A DNA stretch of 64,000 bases from Clostridia bacterium (GTDB lineage: Bacteria > Bacillota > Clostridia > Oscillospirales > CAG-272), in contig JAFUIQ010000011.1 in assembly GCA_017468385.1 (NCBI GenBank), forward strand, positions 1,622 through 65,621, given 5' to 3'. Below, one piece after another: positions 15,797-24,919 of the stretch. How positions within the stretch are numbered: the first letter of the stretch is position 1; each line of letters opens with the position of its first letter. The position numbers and the translations under genes are program-made. The notes under the pieces were generated by a model, which was not told where the DNA came from, ran no database searches, and saw only the letters and a list, made by a program, of their open reading frames with translations.

Positions 15797-18163
15797 TCAG
15801 TCTTTTTTTGTTTCGTAGAATTTGCTGTCGATCAGACTGCGGCGGCAGACGTAGCCGGCGTGCAGATCGATGACGGGGATCTCCTCCAGAATTTCGTATT
15901 CGTAGGAGAGATACAGCGTCTCGCCGGTTCTAAGGCTGAAGGAGGTGCCCATCTGATGGAGCGCTTCCTTGCCTACGTAATCCTTGCAGTAGACCGTGAC
16001 CGTCTCACCGGGCTGAACGATCTTGTTCGGCAGGGTATAGGCACCCAGCTTGTTCTCGGAATCGCTGAGCTGATATCCGCCGGTGGAGAGGGGGGTATCG
16101 TAGGGATTGTACAGCGTGATGTAGTCTTGAGATCCGGAGGCGGAGTATTCATACACCGTCAGGTGGAGATCCTCCGTCTTGCGCACTACCACGGGAGTCA
16201 CAGTGATGTGATTGTCCACGGTGTCCTCGAAATCCAGGGACAGCACCCGATCGTACACGATGGTCTCGCCGCCCACGATCCAGTGGGAGAATTCGTATCC
16301 CACATGGGGGAAGATCTCGTAATCCTCGCCGTATTCCACGATGTAGGTACCGTTGAATTCCTTATCGATCTTCCAGTGGCCTGCCATGATGTAGGCATTC
16401 TCCGGTGCGGAGATGGAAATGGTATAGGTTTTGCCGCTGGTCTTGAATGCGGGACGAAGCTCACTCCGGACCAGATATTTCGGGCGGTTCAGGGCATAGT
16501 CTTTCAGATTGGCCAGCACTCTTTCGATGTTCTCGATGGTGGTGTAGCGGCCGTAACTGCTGGTAGCGTTGGCCAGGGCTGCCTCTGCTTTGCGGGATTC
16601 GTGCATCTCGTCGATGAGTGCGCTGTAATTCTCGTAGGAGAAAGCGCCGTTCATCAATTCGATCATGTACTGGATGAAGGTATCCACGCACTCCTGCCGC
16701 TTCATCAGTGCCTGGAACAGTTCGCTGCGGCGATCGGCATACTTGCTGAGCAGATCGTTGTTCAGCAGATTGCCGTTGTAGCCGCGGACATTGTCCAGAT
16801 CGTGCATTATGAAGCGCCAGCGTCCGTCAAAGATGGTGCCGGGCTGGTATTCCTCGCCCTCGGCGGCGTAGTAGCGATAGGCCTTGTGATTGTTGTAGGG
16901 CCAGTCGTTGTTGTTCAAATAGGTATTGATGGCGTAGTAGAAGAGATAATCGTCCACGTCGAAGACTTGGAGGAACTCCTCATACACCGCATCGTCCGTC
17001 ATGTCGGCCACCTTGTACTTGTTGTACATGTTGTTCCAGTCGTCGTACATGAACTGGTCTTCTTCCATGGAGTCGATCTCATAACGGGTATCGGGCTTGC
17101 TCATCTCGGGACCGGAAACGATGCCCATGATGCCGGGATACTCGCCGTAGTTCTCAATGAAGAAATCGTCGGAGACGATATCATGCATCCACATACTGCC
17201 GTAGTAATCTCCGTTCAGATACACAGAGCAGGGACGCACCGCCTGGGACATGGCAAATCCGGCCATGGCGGCGGCGGTCTGATTCAACTCATCCTTGATC
17301 TGTGCGCCGCCCAGATCGTTGCCGGTGCTGCGCAGCAGTACCCGCTTGAAATCCAGACGGAGACGGCCGGTGCCGTCCAGGGTATACAGATCGCCGTAGA
17401 AGGGATAGTCAAAGCGGAAGTTCACCTCTTCGTAATCCTTGCGGGCGAAGAGCTTCAGGGATTTCAGCCTTTGCGCGCGGGAATAGGCACCGGATACGCG
17501 CACGCCCACGTTCTGATTGATAAGCTGATTGCCCTCCGTGTCAAAGAATTCCACATTCACCTGCCGCTCGGATTTCCATCCGCGGAGATTGAATCCCGAG
17601 GGGGAAATGGCGATGGGGGATACACCGGGGTTGGCGGCCAACCAATCGTCACGGGTCTTGCCCAGCACCAGAATGCCATTTTCATATCCGAAGAGCTTAT
17701 CGGGATCGCAGGTGATAAACACCGCCATGGTGGTGAAGCGGGAGTCCGCTCCCTCACCCACCACGTAGGTACTGCAGATGGGCTCGCCCCAGGATCCGTC
17801 GGGGTAATAGGCGCGGGCCGTGATGCTGCTGTATTTGATCTGTCCGTCGATGGCTTTCAGACGGATGCCTTTTTCCTTGGAATACAGGCGGATGCTCCCC
17901 TTCATCTCCGGGGAGGTAGGCTCAGTGCCGTTGGTGGAGTAGTAGATTTCGCAGTTTTCCGCGTTGTTGAAGAATACGACGATGTCATCCGTATAGAAGC
18001 CGGGTTCTGTCGCGAAGGAGATGGAGGGATATTTATCGCTGTCGGGCGCATCCTCCCCCCACTCGTCCGTCACTCCGGTTATGTGAAGAGATGCAAGCAT
18101 CAGAAAGAACACACCGAAGAACAGCACCCATAAAAGGGAAAAACGAATTACTTTATTCTTCAT
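15797..18163 (-). CDS. CotH-family (atypical kinase-like) protein with N-terminal TM anchor, chitobiase/Fn3-associated-like module and C-terminal lamin-tail-like domain; paralog 1
   Basis: 788 aa. CotH-type blocks FARKDYEE..FRFDYPFYG, LLRSTGND, YLNNNDWPYNNHKAYRY and WRFIMHDLD. N-terminal hydrophobic helix. Confidence 0.8.
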   Translation of the reverse strand: MKNKVIRFSLLWVLFFGVFFLMLASLHITGVTDEWGEDAPDSDKYPSISFATEPGFYTDDIVVFFNNAENCEIYYSTNGTEPTSPEMKGSIRLYSKEKGIRLKAIDGQIKYSSITARAYYPDGSWGEPICSTYVVGEGADSRFTTMAVFITCDPDKLFGYENGILVLGKTRDDWLAANPGVSPIAISPSGFNLRGWKSERQVNVEFFDTEGNQLINQNVGVRVSGAYSRAQRLKSLKLFARKDYEEVNFRFDYPFYGDLYTLDGTGRLRLDFKRVLLRSTGNDLGGAQIKDELNQTAAAMAGFAMSQAVRPCSVYLNGDYYGSMWMHDIVSDDFFIENYGEYPGIMGIVSGPEMSKPDTRYEIDSMEEDQFMYDDWNNMYNKYKVADMTDDAVYEEFLQVFDVDDYLFYYAINTYLNNNDWPYNNHKAYRYYAAEGEEYQPGTIFDGRWRFIMHDLDNVRGYNGNLLNNDLLSKYADRRSELFQALMKRQECVDTFIQYMIELMNGAFSYENYSALIDEMHESRKAEAALANATSSYGRYTTIENIERVLANLKDYALNRPKYLVRSELRPAFKTSGKTYTISISAPENAYIMAGHWKIDKEFNGTYIVEYGEDYEIFPHVGYEFSHWIVGGETIVYDRVLSLDFEDTVDNHITVTPVVVRKTEDLHLTVYEYSASGSQDYITLYNPYDTPLSTGGYQLSDSENKLGAYTLPNKIVQPGETVTVYCKDYVGKEALHQMGTSFSLRTGETLYLSYEYEILEEIPVIDLHAGYVCRRSLIDSKFYETKKD

Positions 18164-18223
18164 AATAGCACACCGTTTGATGAATACAGCCGCTCGGGGG
18201 AGCGGCTGTATTATGTTATGGAG

Positions 18224-20590
18224 TTAATCTTTTTTTGTTTCGTAGAATTTGCTGTCGATCAGACTGCGGCGGCAGACGTAGCCGCTGTGGAGATCGATGA
18301 CGGGGATCTCTTCCAGAATTTCGTATTCGTAGGAGAGATACAGGGTCTCGCCGGTTCTCAGGTTGAAGGAGGTACCCATCTGATGGAGCGCTTCCTTGCC
18401 CACATAATCCTTGCAGTAGACCGTGACCGTCTCACCGGGCTGAACGATCTTGTTCGGCAGGGTATAGGCGCCCAGCTTCTGATCGGAGTCGCTGAGCTGA
18501 TAGCCCTCGGTGGAGATGGGGGTATCGTAGGGATTGTACAGCACGATATAGTCCTGGGAGCCGGAGGCGGAGTATTCATACACCGTCAGGCGGAGATCCT
18601 CCGTCTTGCGCACCACCACGGGGGTGACGGTGATATTCTTTCTGTCCACCGCATCCTCCACGTCCAACGAAAGCACCCGATCGTACACGATGGTTTCGCC
18701 GTTTACGATCCAGTGAGAGAATTCATATCCCACATGAGGAAAGATCTCGAAATCTTCACCGTATTCCACGATATATAGACCGTTGAATTCCTTGTCGATC
18801 TTCCAGTTGCCTGTCATGATGTAGGCATTCTCCGGTGCGGAGATGTGTATGTTGTAGGTGTCCCGGCTGGTGCCGAAAGCTATGGGCAGATCGATACGGG
18901 TCAGGGACTTGGACCGGTTCTTGGCGAACTGGTAAAACTCCTTCAGTCTCAATTCGATGTTCTCAATGGAGTTGGTGGCGTAGCGGCTGGTGGCGTTGTA
19001 CAGAGTGGCCTCTGCCTTGCGCATTTCGTGCATGGTGGAGATCAGATTGCTGTAATTCTCCTGGGAGAACGCGCCGTTCATAACCTCCATCAGATCCTCG
19101 ATGAAGATATCCACGCAGTCCTGACGCTTCATCAGTGCCTGGAACAATTCACTGCGGCGGGCGGCGGTCTTGCTGAGCACGTGCAGGTTCAGCAGATTGC
19201 CGTTTTCACCGAAAGTACCGTCGGTATCGTGGACTACAAAGCGCCAGCGACCGTCAAAAACGGTACCGGGCTGGTATTCCTCACCCTCGGCGGCGTAGTA
19301 GCGGTAGGCCTTGTGGTTATTGTAGGGCCAGTCGGCGTTGTTCAGATAGATATTGATGGCGTAGAAGAACAGATAATTCTCCACATCCACAACCTGACAG
19401 AATTCCTCAAATACAGCGTCATCCGTCATGTCGGCGACCTTGTACTTGTTGTACATAGCGTTATAGTCGTCGTATATGTACTGCTCTTCCTCGATGGAGT
19501 CGATTTCGTAGCGCTCGTCGGGCTTTTGCATCTCCGGTCCGGATACCACGCCCATTACGCCGGGATACTCGCCGTAGTTCTCGATGAAGTAGTCATCGCA
19601 GATTACGTCGTGCATCCACATGCATCCGTAGTATTCGCCGTTCAGATAGACAGAGCAGGGACGTACCGCCTGAGTGACCGGGAATCCGGCCATGGCGGCA
19701 GCGGTTTGGTTCAGTTCATCCCGGATCTGGGCGATGTACACATCGCTGCCGGTGCTGCGCAGCAGCACCCGCTTGAAGTCCAGACGGAGACGGCCGGAGC
19801 CATCCTCGGTATACAGATCGCCATAGAAGGGATAGTCAAAGCGGAAGTTTACTTCTTCGTAATCCTTGCGGGCGAAGAGTTTCAGGGATTTCAGAACGAC
19901 AACACGGGAATACGCGCCCGAAACGCGCACGCCCACATTCTGATTGATGACCTGGTTTCCCTCCAGATCGAAGAATTCCACGTTGACCTCTCGCTCGGAT
20001 TCCCATCCGCGGAGATTGTATCCGGCGGGGGAGATAGCGATCGGTTCCACGCCGGGATTGGCAGCCAACCAATCGTCACGTGTCTTGCCCAGCACCATAA
20101 TACCTTCCTCATAGCCGAAGAGCTTGTCGGGATCGCAGGTGATGAACACGGACATGGTGGTGAAGCGGGAGTCCGCTCCCTCACCTACCACATAGGTGCT
20201 GCATACCTCCTCGCCCCATGTCCCATCGGGATAGTAGGCGCGGGCGGTGATGCTGTAATACTTGATTTTGTCACTGTACGCCCGGAGCATGATTCCCTTA
20301 TCCGGGGAATAGCGGCGGATGGCTCCCTTGATTTCGGGGGATTCGGGAACCACACCGTTGGTGGAGTAATACACCGTGCAGTTCTCCGCACCGTCCAGAA
20401 ATACCGTTACATTTTCGTTATAGAAACCGGGCGTGGTAGCAAAGGAAAGGGCGGGGTACAATTCATTGTCCGGGATTTCGTTATCCGGCACAGCGGGCGT
20501 AATCGATGCACGGAACGCCGCCAGCATCAGAAAGAAAACACAGAAAAACAGCACCCACAAAAGAGAAAAGCGAAGCAGGTTTTTCTTCAT
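18224..20590 (-). CDS. CotH-family protein, paralog 2 (tandem duplicate)
   Basis: Also 788 aa with the same architecture. Collinear with paralog 1 and contains long identical nucleotide runs near the 3' end. Confidence 0.8.
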   Translation of the reverse strand: MKKNLLRFSLLWVLFFCVFFLMLAAFRASITPAVPDNEIPDNELYPALSFATTPGFYNENVTVFLDGAENCTVYYSTNGVVPESPEIKGAIRRYSPDKGIMLRAYSDKIKYYSITARAYYPDGTWGEEVCSTYVVGEGADSRFTTMSVFITCDPDKLFGYEEGIMVLGKTRDDWLAANPGVEPIAISPAGYNLRGWESEREVNVEFFDLEGNQVINQNVGVRVSGAYSRVVVLKSLKLFARKDYEEVNFRFDYPFYGDLYTEDGSGRLRLDFKRVLLRSTGSDVYIAQIRDELNQTAAAMAGFPVTQAVRPCSVYLNGEYYGCMWMHDVICDDYFIENYGEYPGVMGVVSGPEMQKPDERYEIDSIEEEQYIYDDYNAMYNKYKVADMTDDAVFEEFCQVVDVENYLFFYAINIYLNNADWPYNNHKAYRYYAAEGEEYQPGTVFDGRWRFVVHDTDGTFGENGNLLNLHVLSKTAARRSELFQALMKRQDCVDIFIEDLMEVMNGAFSQENYSNLISTMHEMRKAEATLYNATSRYATNSIENIELRLKEFYQFAKNRSKSLTRIDLPIAFGTSRDTYNIHISAPENAYIMTGNWKIDKEFNGLYIVEYGEDFEIFPHVGYEFSHWIVNGETIVYDRVLSLDVEDAVDRKNITVTPVVVRKTEDLRLTVYEYSASGSQDYIVLYNPYDTPISTEGYQLSDSDQKLGAYTLPNKIVQPGETVTVYCKDYVGKEALHQMGTSFNLRTGETLYLSYEYEILEEIPVIDLHSGYVCRRSLIDSKFYETKKD

Positions 20591-20601
20591 GATGCAGAGG
20601 A

Positions 20602-21267
20602 TCAGTTGTCACCCGTGTACTCGATGAGCATAGCGGAGGTAACACCTTGAATGGCAGTCAGCTGCTCGGTGAGAGCGGTGGATTTCTTCTTGGCATGAAT
20701 CTGCACAGTCAGTTCATTGCCGGACTGGGAAGAAATGCTGTTCTTCAGCGTGTGACGAACACCGGCAAGAGCCTGTGCAACGGCTTCCTTGGCGGAGGCG
20801 TCATACTTCACAACCAGCAAAAACCGCTTGGCGCCGAAGCGGAGCAGAACGGAGAGAATGTAGATGATGGCAATAAACACCGTGCAGAGCAGAGCGATCT
20901 GATAGAGACCGGCGCCGCAGGTAATGCCGATGGCCACAGACCAGAACAGGAAGCCCACGTCCAGAGGATCCTTTACCGCGGAGCGGAAACGGATGATACT
21001 GAGGGAGCCCACCATACCCAGGGACAAAACGATGTTGGCCGAGATGGTCATGATGATGAACGTGGTGATCAGGGTGGTCATGAGAAGCAGCAGATTGAAG
21101 TTTTCGCTGTAGCAGCTTCCGCGGTAGAAGATGCGGTATACGGCGTAGATCACCAGACCGCAGAGCAGAGCGATGGAGATGCATACAAAAATGTACTGGG
21201 GAGTCAGATCCAGCAGGAGGCCGGAGGCGGCCAGACTGTCTTTAAAGGCGTTGATCAATGATTTCAT
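20602..21267 (-). CDS. DUF4956-domain membrane protein
   Basis: 221 aa, multi-TM. The block SLGMVGSLSIIRFRSAVKDPLDVGFLFWSVAIGITCGAG is characteristic of DUF4956. Confidence 0.75.
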   Translation of the reverse strand: MKSLINAFKDSLAASGLLLDLTPQYIFVCISIALLCGLVIYAVYRIFYRGSCYSENFNLLLLMTTLITTFIIMTISANIVLSLGMVGSLSIIRFRSAVKDPLDVGFLFWSVAIGITCGAGLYQIALLCTVFIAIIYILSVLLRFGAKRFLLVVKYDASAKEAVAQALAGVRHTLKNSISSQSGNELTVQIHAKKKSTALTEQLTAIQGVTSAMLIEYTGDN

Positions 21268-22033
21268 GGTGTACTTTCTCTCCTGAATAAATATATTGTG
21301 TATGGGAAACGGTGTACATGTGGGATGCGATCAGCGCATCACAGCAAAGGGTGAATTTGGAGGCCGCCACGGGGCTGTGCTGGAAGGACAGCAGACTGCT
21401 TATGTAGGCTGGCAGGTACTCGTCGTACTTGACCTCGAGAATGACCTCGCCCCGGGGATAAATGAAGCGTGTCATCAGATCGGGGGAGAACAGATCGCCT
21501 GTGTTGACGCCCGCACTCAGTTCGCAGTCGAATGTGATACGGGTGTTGGACAAGGGATGCAGATAGGCTTCCCGCCGGTAGTTGACAATGACCCGGGGCA
21601 TCAGTCCCCGTTCTCTGTGCAAGGCATAGACCTTCTTTGCCAGAGGCTCACTCCGGTCGGCCAGCAGGCGGAAATCGCCCCGGGCCACGCCGTCGTAGGT
21701 GGCGCGGTCGATGCGCACAGATTCCTTTTGGATCATGTTTTTGTGCTTCTCTTTGCACTCCAGGGTAATGTAGGAGTCGTCAAAGTTATACGCACGGAGT
21801 CGGTACTTGCTTCGGTTGGCGGTACCGGCTATTTTTTCATAGTATGAAGAGTTGTACTGGTCATCCAGATACAAACTGCTGATTACATATCCGCTGGGGT
21901 CAGATGCGTGCTTATCCATCGGCAAAACCGCACGGATGCGGGCAGACAAAATCAGATATTCTTCATACGTGAGCAAATACTTGATTTCGTTTCGCAGCAA
22001 ATATCTCCCTCTTTTCACCAAAATTTTATACAT
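21242..22033 (-). CDS. VTC-domain (CYTH-like, polyphosphate-polymerase-like) protein
   Basis: The block RNEIKYLLTYEEY...SLYLDD...YRLRAYNFDDSYITLECKEKH fits the VTC/CYTH tunnel fold. The start is uncertain: ATG 22033, TTG 22000 (after GAGGGAGA) or TTG 22060. The 3' end overlaps the DUF4956 start by 26 nt. Confidence 0.7.
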   Translation of the reverse strand: MYKILVKRGRYLLRNEIKYLLTYEEYLILSARIRAVLPMDKHASDPSGYVISSLYLDDQYNSSYYEKIAGTANRSKYRLRAYNFDDSYITLECKEKHKNMIQKESVRIDRATYDGVARGDFRLLADRSEPLAKKVYALHRERGLMPRVIVNYRREAYLHPLSNTRITFDCELSAGVNTGDLFSPDLMTRFIYPRGEVILEVKYDEYLPAYISSLLSFQHSPVAASKFTLCCDALIASHMYTVSHTQYIYSGEKVHHEIIDQRL

Positions 22034-22269
22034 TATAACATAGGTAGGTTTAATAATCAACTGCTTACATAAATTTCGATTCCTTTTTCATAAAAATTTA
22101 TAACATATTACCAATGTATTCCTCGAAATGATATTTTTTTGCAATCGTTCTTGATTTACTGATAGAAATGCTGTATAATAAACAGTGTACGGGCATTTTT
22201 CCGTTTTTTAGCGGAATCTGTCAGTGCCTGCTTTATGATTCTAATTTACAGAAGGAGTATACAGTTTCT

Positions 22270-22971
22270 ATGAGCGAACTCATTTACACCAGCGAAGTAG
22301 AAGAAATGTGCTGTGTGAAGCAGGGCCCCAATCACGGTCCCGCTCCGATCCCCGAAGAGGGCAAATGGGTAAAGGCAAAGGAAGTAAAGGATATTTCCGC
22401 CCTGACCCACGGTATCGGTTGGTGCGCACCCCAGCAGGGCGCGTGCAAGCTGACCCTGAACGTAAAAGAGGGTATCATCCAGGAGGCTCTCGTTGAGACC
22501 ATCGGATGTTCCGGTATGACCCACTCCGCCGCTATGGCCGCTGAGATTCTGCCCGGCAAGACCGTGCTGGAAGCGCTGAACACCGACCTCGTTTGCGACG
22601 CGATCAATACCGCTATGCGCGAATTGTTTCTGCAGATCGTATACGGCCGCTCCCAGTCCGCTTTCTCCGAGAACGGTCTGAGCGTAGGTGCAGGTCTTGA
22701 GGACCTGGGTAAGGGCTCCCGCAGCCAGGTTGGTACCATGTACGGCACCAAGGCAAAGGGCGTTCGTTATCTGGAGATGGCTGAGGGTTACGTTACCCGT
22801 ATGGCACTGGATGCCGACGATCAGGTGATCGGTTACGAGTTCGTTTCTCTGGGCAAGATGACCGACTTCATCAAGAAGGGCGACGATCCGAACACCGCTT
22901 ACAACAAGGCAATGGGCAAGTACGGCCGCTTCGACGATGCGGTTAAGTACATCGATCCCAGAAAGGCGTAA
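22270..22971 (+). CDS. NifU-N-like Fe-S scaffold-related protein (usual partner of GGGtGRT proteins)
   Basis: Start at MSELIYT (GAAGGAG RBS). Cys-containing blocks GIGWCAPQQGACKLTL and ETIGCSGMTHSAAMA resemble the NifU/IscU N-terminal domain. Confidence 0.7.
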   Translation: MSELIYTSEVEEMCCVKQGPNHGPAPIPEEGKWVKAKEVKDISALTHGIGWCAPQQGACKLTLNVKEGIIQEALVETIGCSGMTHSAAMAAEILPGKTVLEALNTDLVCDAINTAMRELFLQIVYGRSQSAFSENGLSVGAGLEDLGKGSRSQVGTMYGTKAKGVRYLEMAEGYVTRMALDADDQVIGYEFVSLGKMTDFIKKGDDPNTAYNKAMGKYGRFDDAVKYIDPRKA

Positions 22972-22984
22972 GGAGGTACATACA

Positions 22985-23983
22985 ATGGCATTGTTTGAGA
23001 ACTACGAAAGACGCGCTCCCAAAATCAACGCCGTGCTGGCTGAGTACGGTATTTCCTCCATCGAGGAGTGCAAGGAAATCACTCTGAAGGCAGGCGTGGA
23101 CTGCGATAAGATCGTTCGCGAGACCCAGCCTATCTGCTTCGAGAACGCTGTTTGGGCGTATACCGTTGGTACCGCCATCGCTATCAAGTCCGGCTGCAAG
23201 AAGGCCGCTGACGCCGCTGCCGCTATCGGTATCGGTCTGCAGGCATTCTGCATCCCCGGCTCCGTTGCCGAGAACCGCAAGGTTGGTCTGGGCCACGGTA
23301 ATCTGGGCAAGATGCTCCTCTCCGAGGAGACCGAGTGCTTCTGCTTCCTGGCAGGTCACGAGTCCTTCGCCGCTGCTGAGGGCGCTATCAAGATCGCTCT
23401 GAATGCAAACAAGGTTCGTACCAAGCCCCTGCGCGTTATCCTGAACGGCCTGGGCAAGGATGCTGCGTTCATCATTGCCCGCATCAACGGCTTTACCTAC
23501 GTACAGACCGAGTTCGATCCCTACGCCGAGGAAGTGAAGATCGTTAAGGAAACTCCTTATTCCAACGGTCCCCGTGCGGATGTTCGCTGCTACGGCGCGG
23601 ACAACGTACCCGAAGGCGTTGCTATCATGAAGCTGGAGCACGTTGGCGTTTCCATCACCGGTAACTCCACCAACCCCACCCGCTTCCAGCATCCCGTTGC
23701 CGGCACCTATAAGAAGTGGTGCACCGAGAACGGCGTAAGCTACTTCTCCGTTGCTTCCGGCGGCGGTACCGGCCGTACTCTGCATCCCGATAACATGGCA
23801 GCAGGTCCCTCCAGCTACGGTATGACCGACACCATGGGCCGTATGCACTCCGACGCACAGTTCGCAGGTTCCTCCTCCGTTCCCGCCCACGTAGAAATGA
23901 TGGGTCTGATCGGTGCAGGTAACAACCCCATGGTTGGTATGACCGTTGCATGTGCAGTTGCAGTAGAAGAGGCTTGCAAGTAA
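22985..23983 (+). CDS. GGGtGRT-family protein (function unknown)
   Basis: AAGGAGG RBS. Contains the eponymous motif SVASGGGTGRTLHPDN. Begins 13 nt after the NifU-like gene. Confidence 0.8.
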   Translation: MALFENYERRAPKINAVLAEYGISSIEECKEITLKAGVDCDKIVRETQPICFENAVWAYTVGTAIAIKSGCKKAADAAAAIGIGLQAFCIPGSVAENRKVGLGHGNLGKMLLSEETECFCFLAGHESFAAAEGAIKIALNANKVRTKPLRVILNGLGKDAAFIIARINGFTYVQTEFDPYAEEVKIVKETPYSNGPRADVRCYGADNVPEGVAIMKLEHVGVSITGNSTNPTRFQHPVAGTYKKWCTENGVSYFSVASGGGTGRTLHPDNMAAGPSSYGMTDTMGRMHSDAQFAGSSSVPAHVEMMGLIGAGNNPMVGMTVACAVAVEEACK

Positions 23984-24092
23984 TTGTAAAAACCACGTGG
24001 GGAAAACTTTTGCAAAAGTTTTCCCCACACCCTTTTCAAAATCTTTAATAAAAAATGGGACACACCGCGTGCGCGATGTGTCCTTTTTCCAT

Positions 24093-24899
24093 TTATTTTC
24101 CAATATGAAACTGATTTTCCTCCGTTAACCCCAGACGGTCGGCGAAGCATTGGGCTATAGCCTTCTGGCCCACCAACTGGGCGGGATGATGGGCATCGGT
24201 GCCGATGTAGAATTTGCATCCGCACTCCTTGGCCACCGTGTAGAAAGCGGTTACGGCCTGTGCTTCCTCCTCGCTTCGGAACGCAAGACAGCTGGTGTTC
24301 AACTCAATGCCCACGCCCAAAGCGGCGGCTTTCTTGAACAGTTGTCGAAGGTGATCTCCCGTGATCTGCCGCAGCACCTGGCAATACATGGACAGATCCC
24401 GGCCGCCGAGGGTATCGTTGGCCAGATGTGCCAGGCCGATTTTGTGATGGGGCAGGGGCATGGCAAGCACCGCCTCCAGCTTGGTGAGGAATCGGTTGGC
24501 CCGACCCTCCACGGTGGCGGCATCCTCCTCGGACAAAGCGAATCCCACCATATGAAAATGGCTGACGGGCACGATGATGAAATCAAAGGCATCGTACCGC
24601 TCGGGGGAGATGCCCAAGATATTGTCCTTCGTCATCTCCGTTTCCACACCGAACAGGAACTCAACCCCCTCCGCCCGGGGCAGGGGGAGAGATTTTCGCA
24701 CATGATCGTAGTTCTGCGGGGCATACCAGCGGGATGCACCGGGCACCGTCTCGTCCCAGAAATGATCGGTCAGGCAGATCTGCCCGTAGCCGTTTTCCAT
24801 CGCATACTGCAGAATGTGGGCGGTGGACTGCGCCGGATCCTTCGAGCAGGCGGACAGTGTCGAGTGAATATGATAATCGTGGTCAACTGTAAATTTCAT
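24093..24899 (-). CDS. PHP-domain metal-dependent phosphoesterase (histidinol-phosphatase family)
   Basis: Start at MKFTVDHDYHIHSTLS (GAGGTG RBS). The HxH motif and later H/D residues are typical of PHP domains. Confidence 0.75.
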   Translation of the reverse strand: MKFTVDHDYHIHSTLSACSKDPAQSTAHILQYAMENGYGQICLTDHFWDETVPGASRWYAPQNYDHVRKSLPLPRAEGVEFLFGVETEMTKDNILGISPERYDAFDFIIVPVSHFHMVGFALSEEDAATVEGRANRFLTKLEAVLAMPLPHHKIGLAHLANDTLGGRDLSMYCQVLRQITGDHLRQLFKKAAALGVGIELNTSCLAFRSEEEAQAVTAFYTVAKECGCKFYIGTDAHHPAQLVGQKAIAQCFADRLGLTEENQFHIGK

Positions 24900-24919
24900 G
24901 ATTTCACCTCGTGCAGGAT

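Noticed and set aside
15860-20650. 757-aa and 601-aa plus-strand ORFs (15860-18133 and 18845-20650)
   Set aside because: They are antisense shadows of the two CotH genes. Composition is repetitive (G, V, H, D, I, A), they show no motifs, and they mirror each other only because the CotH genes are paralogs.
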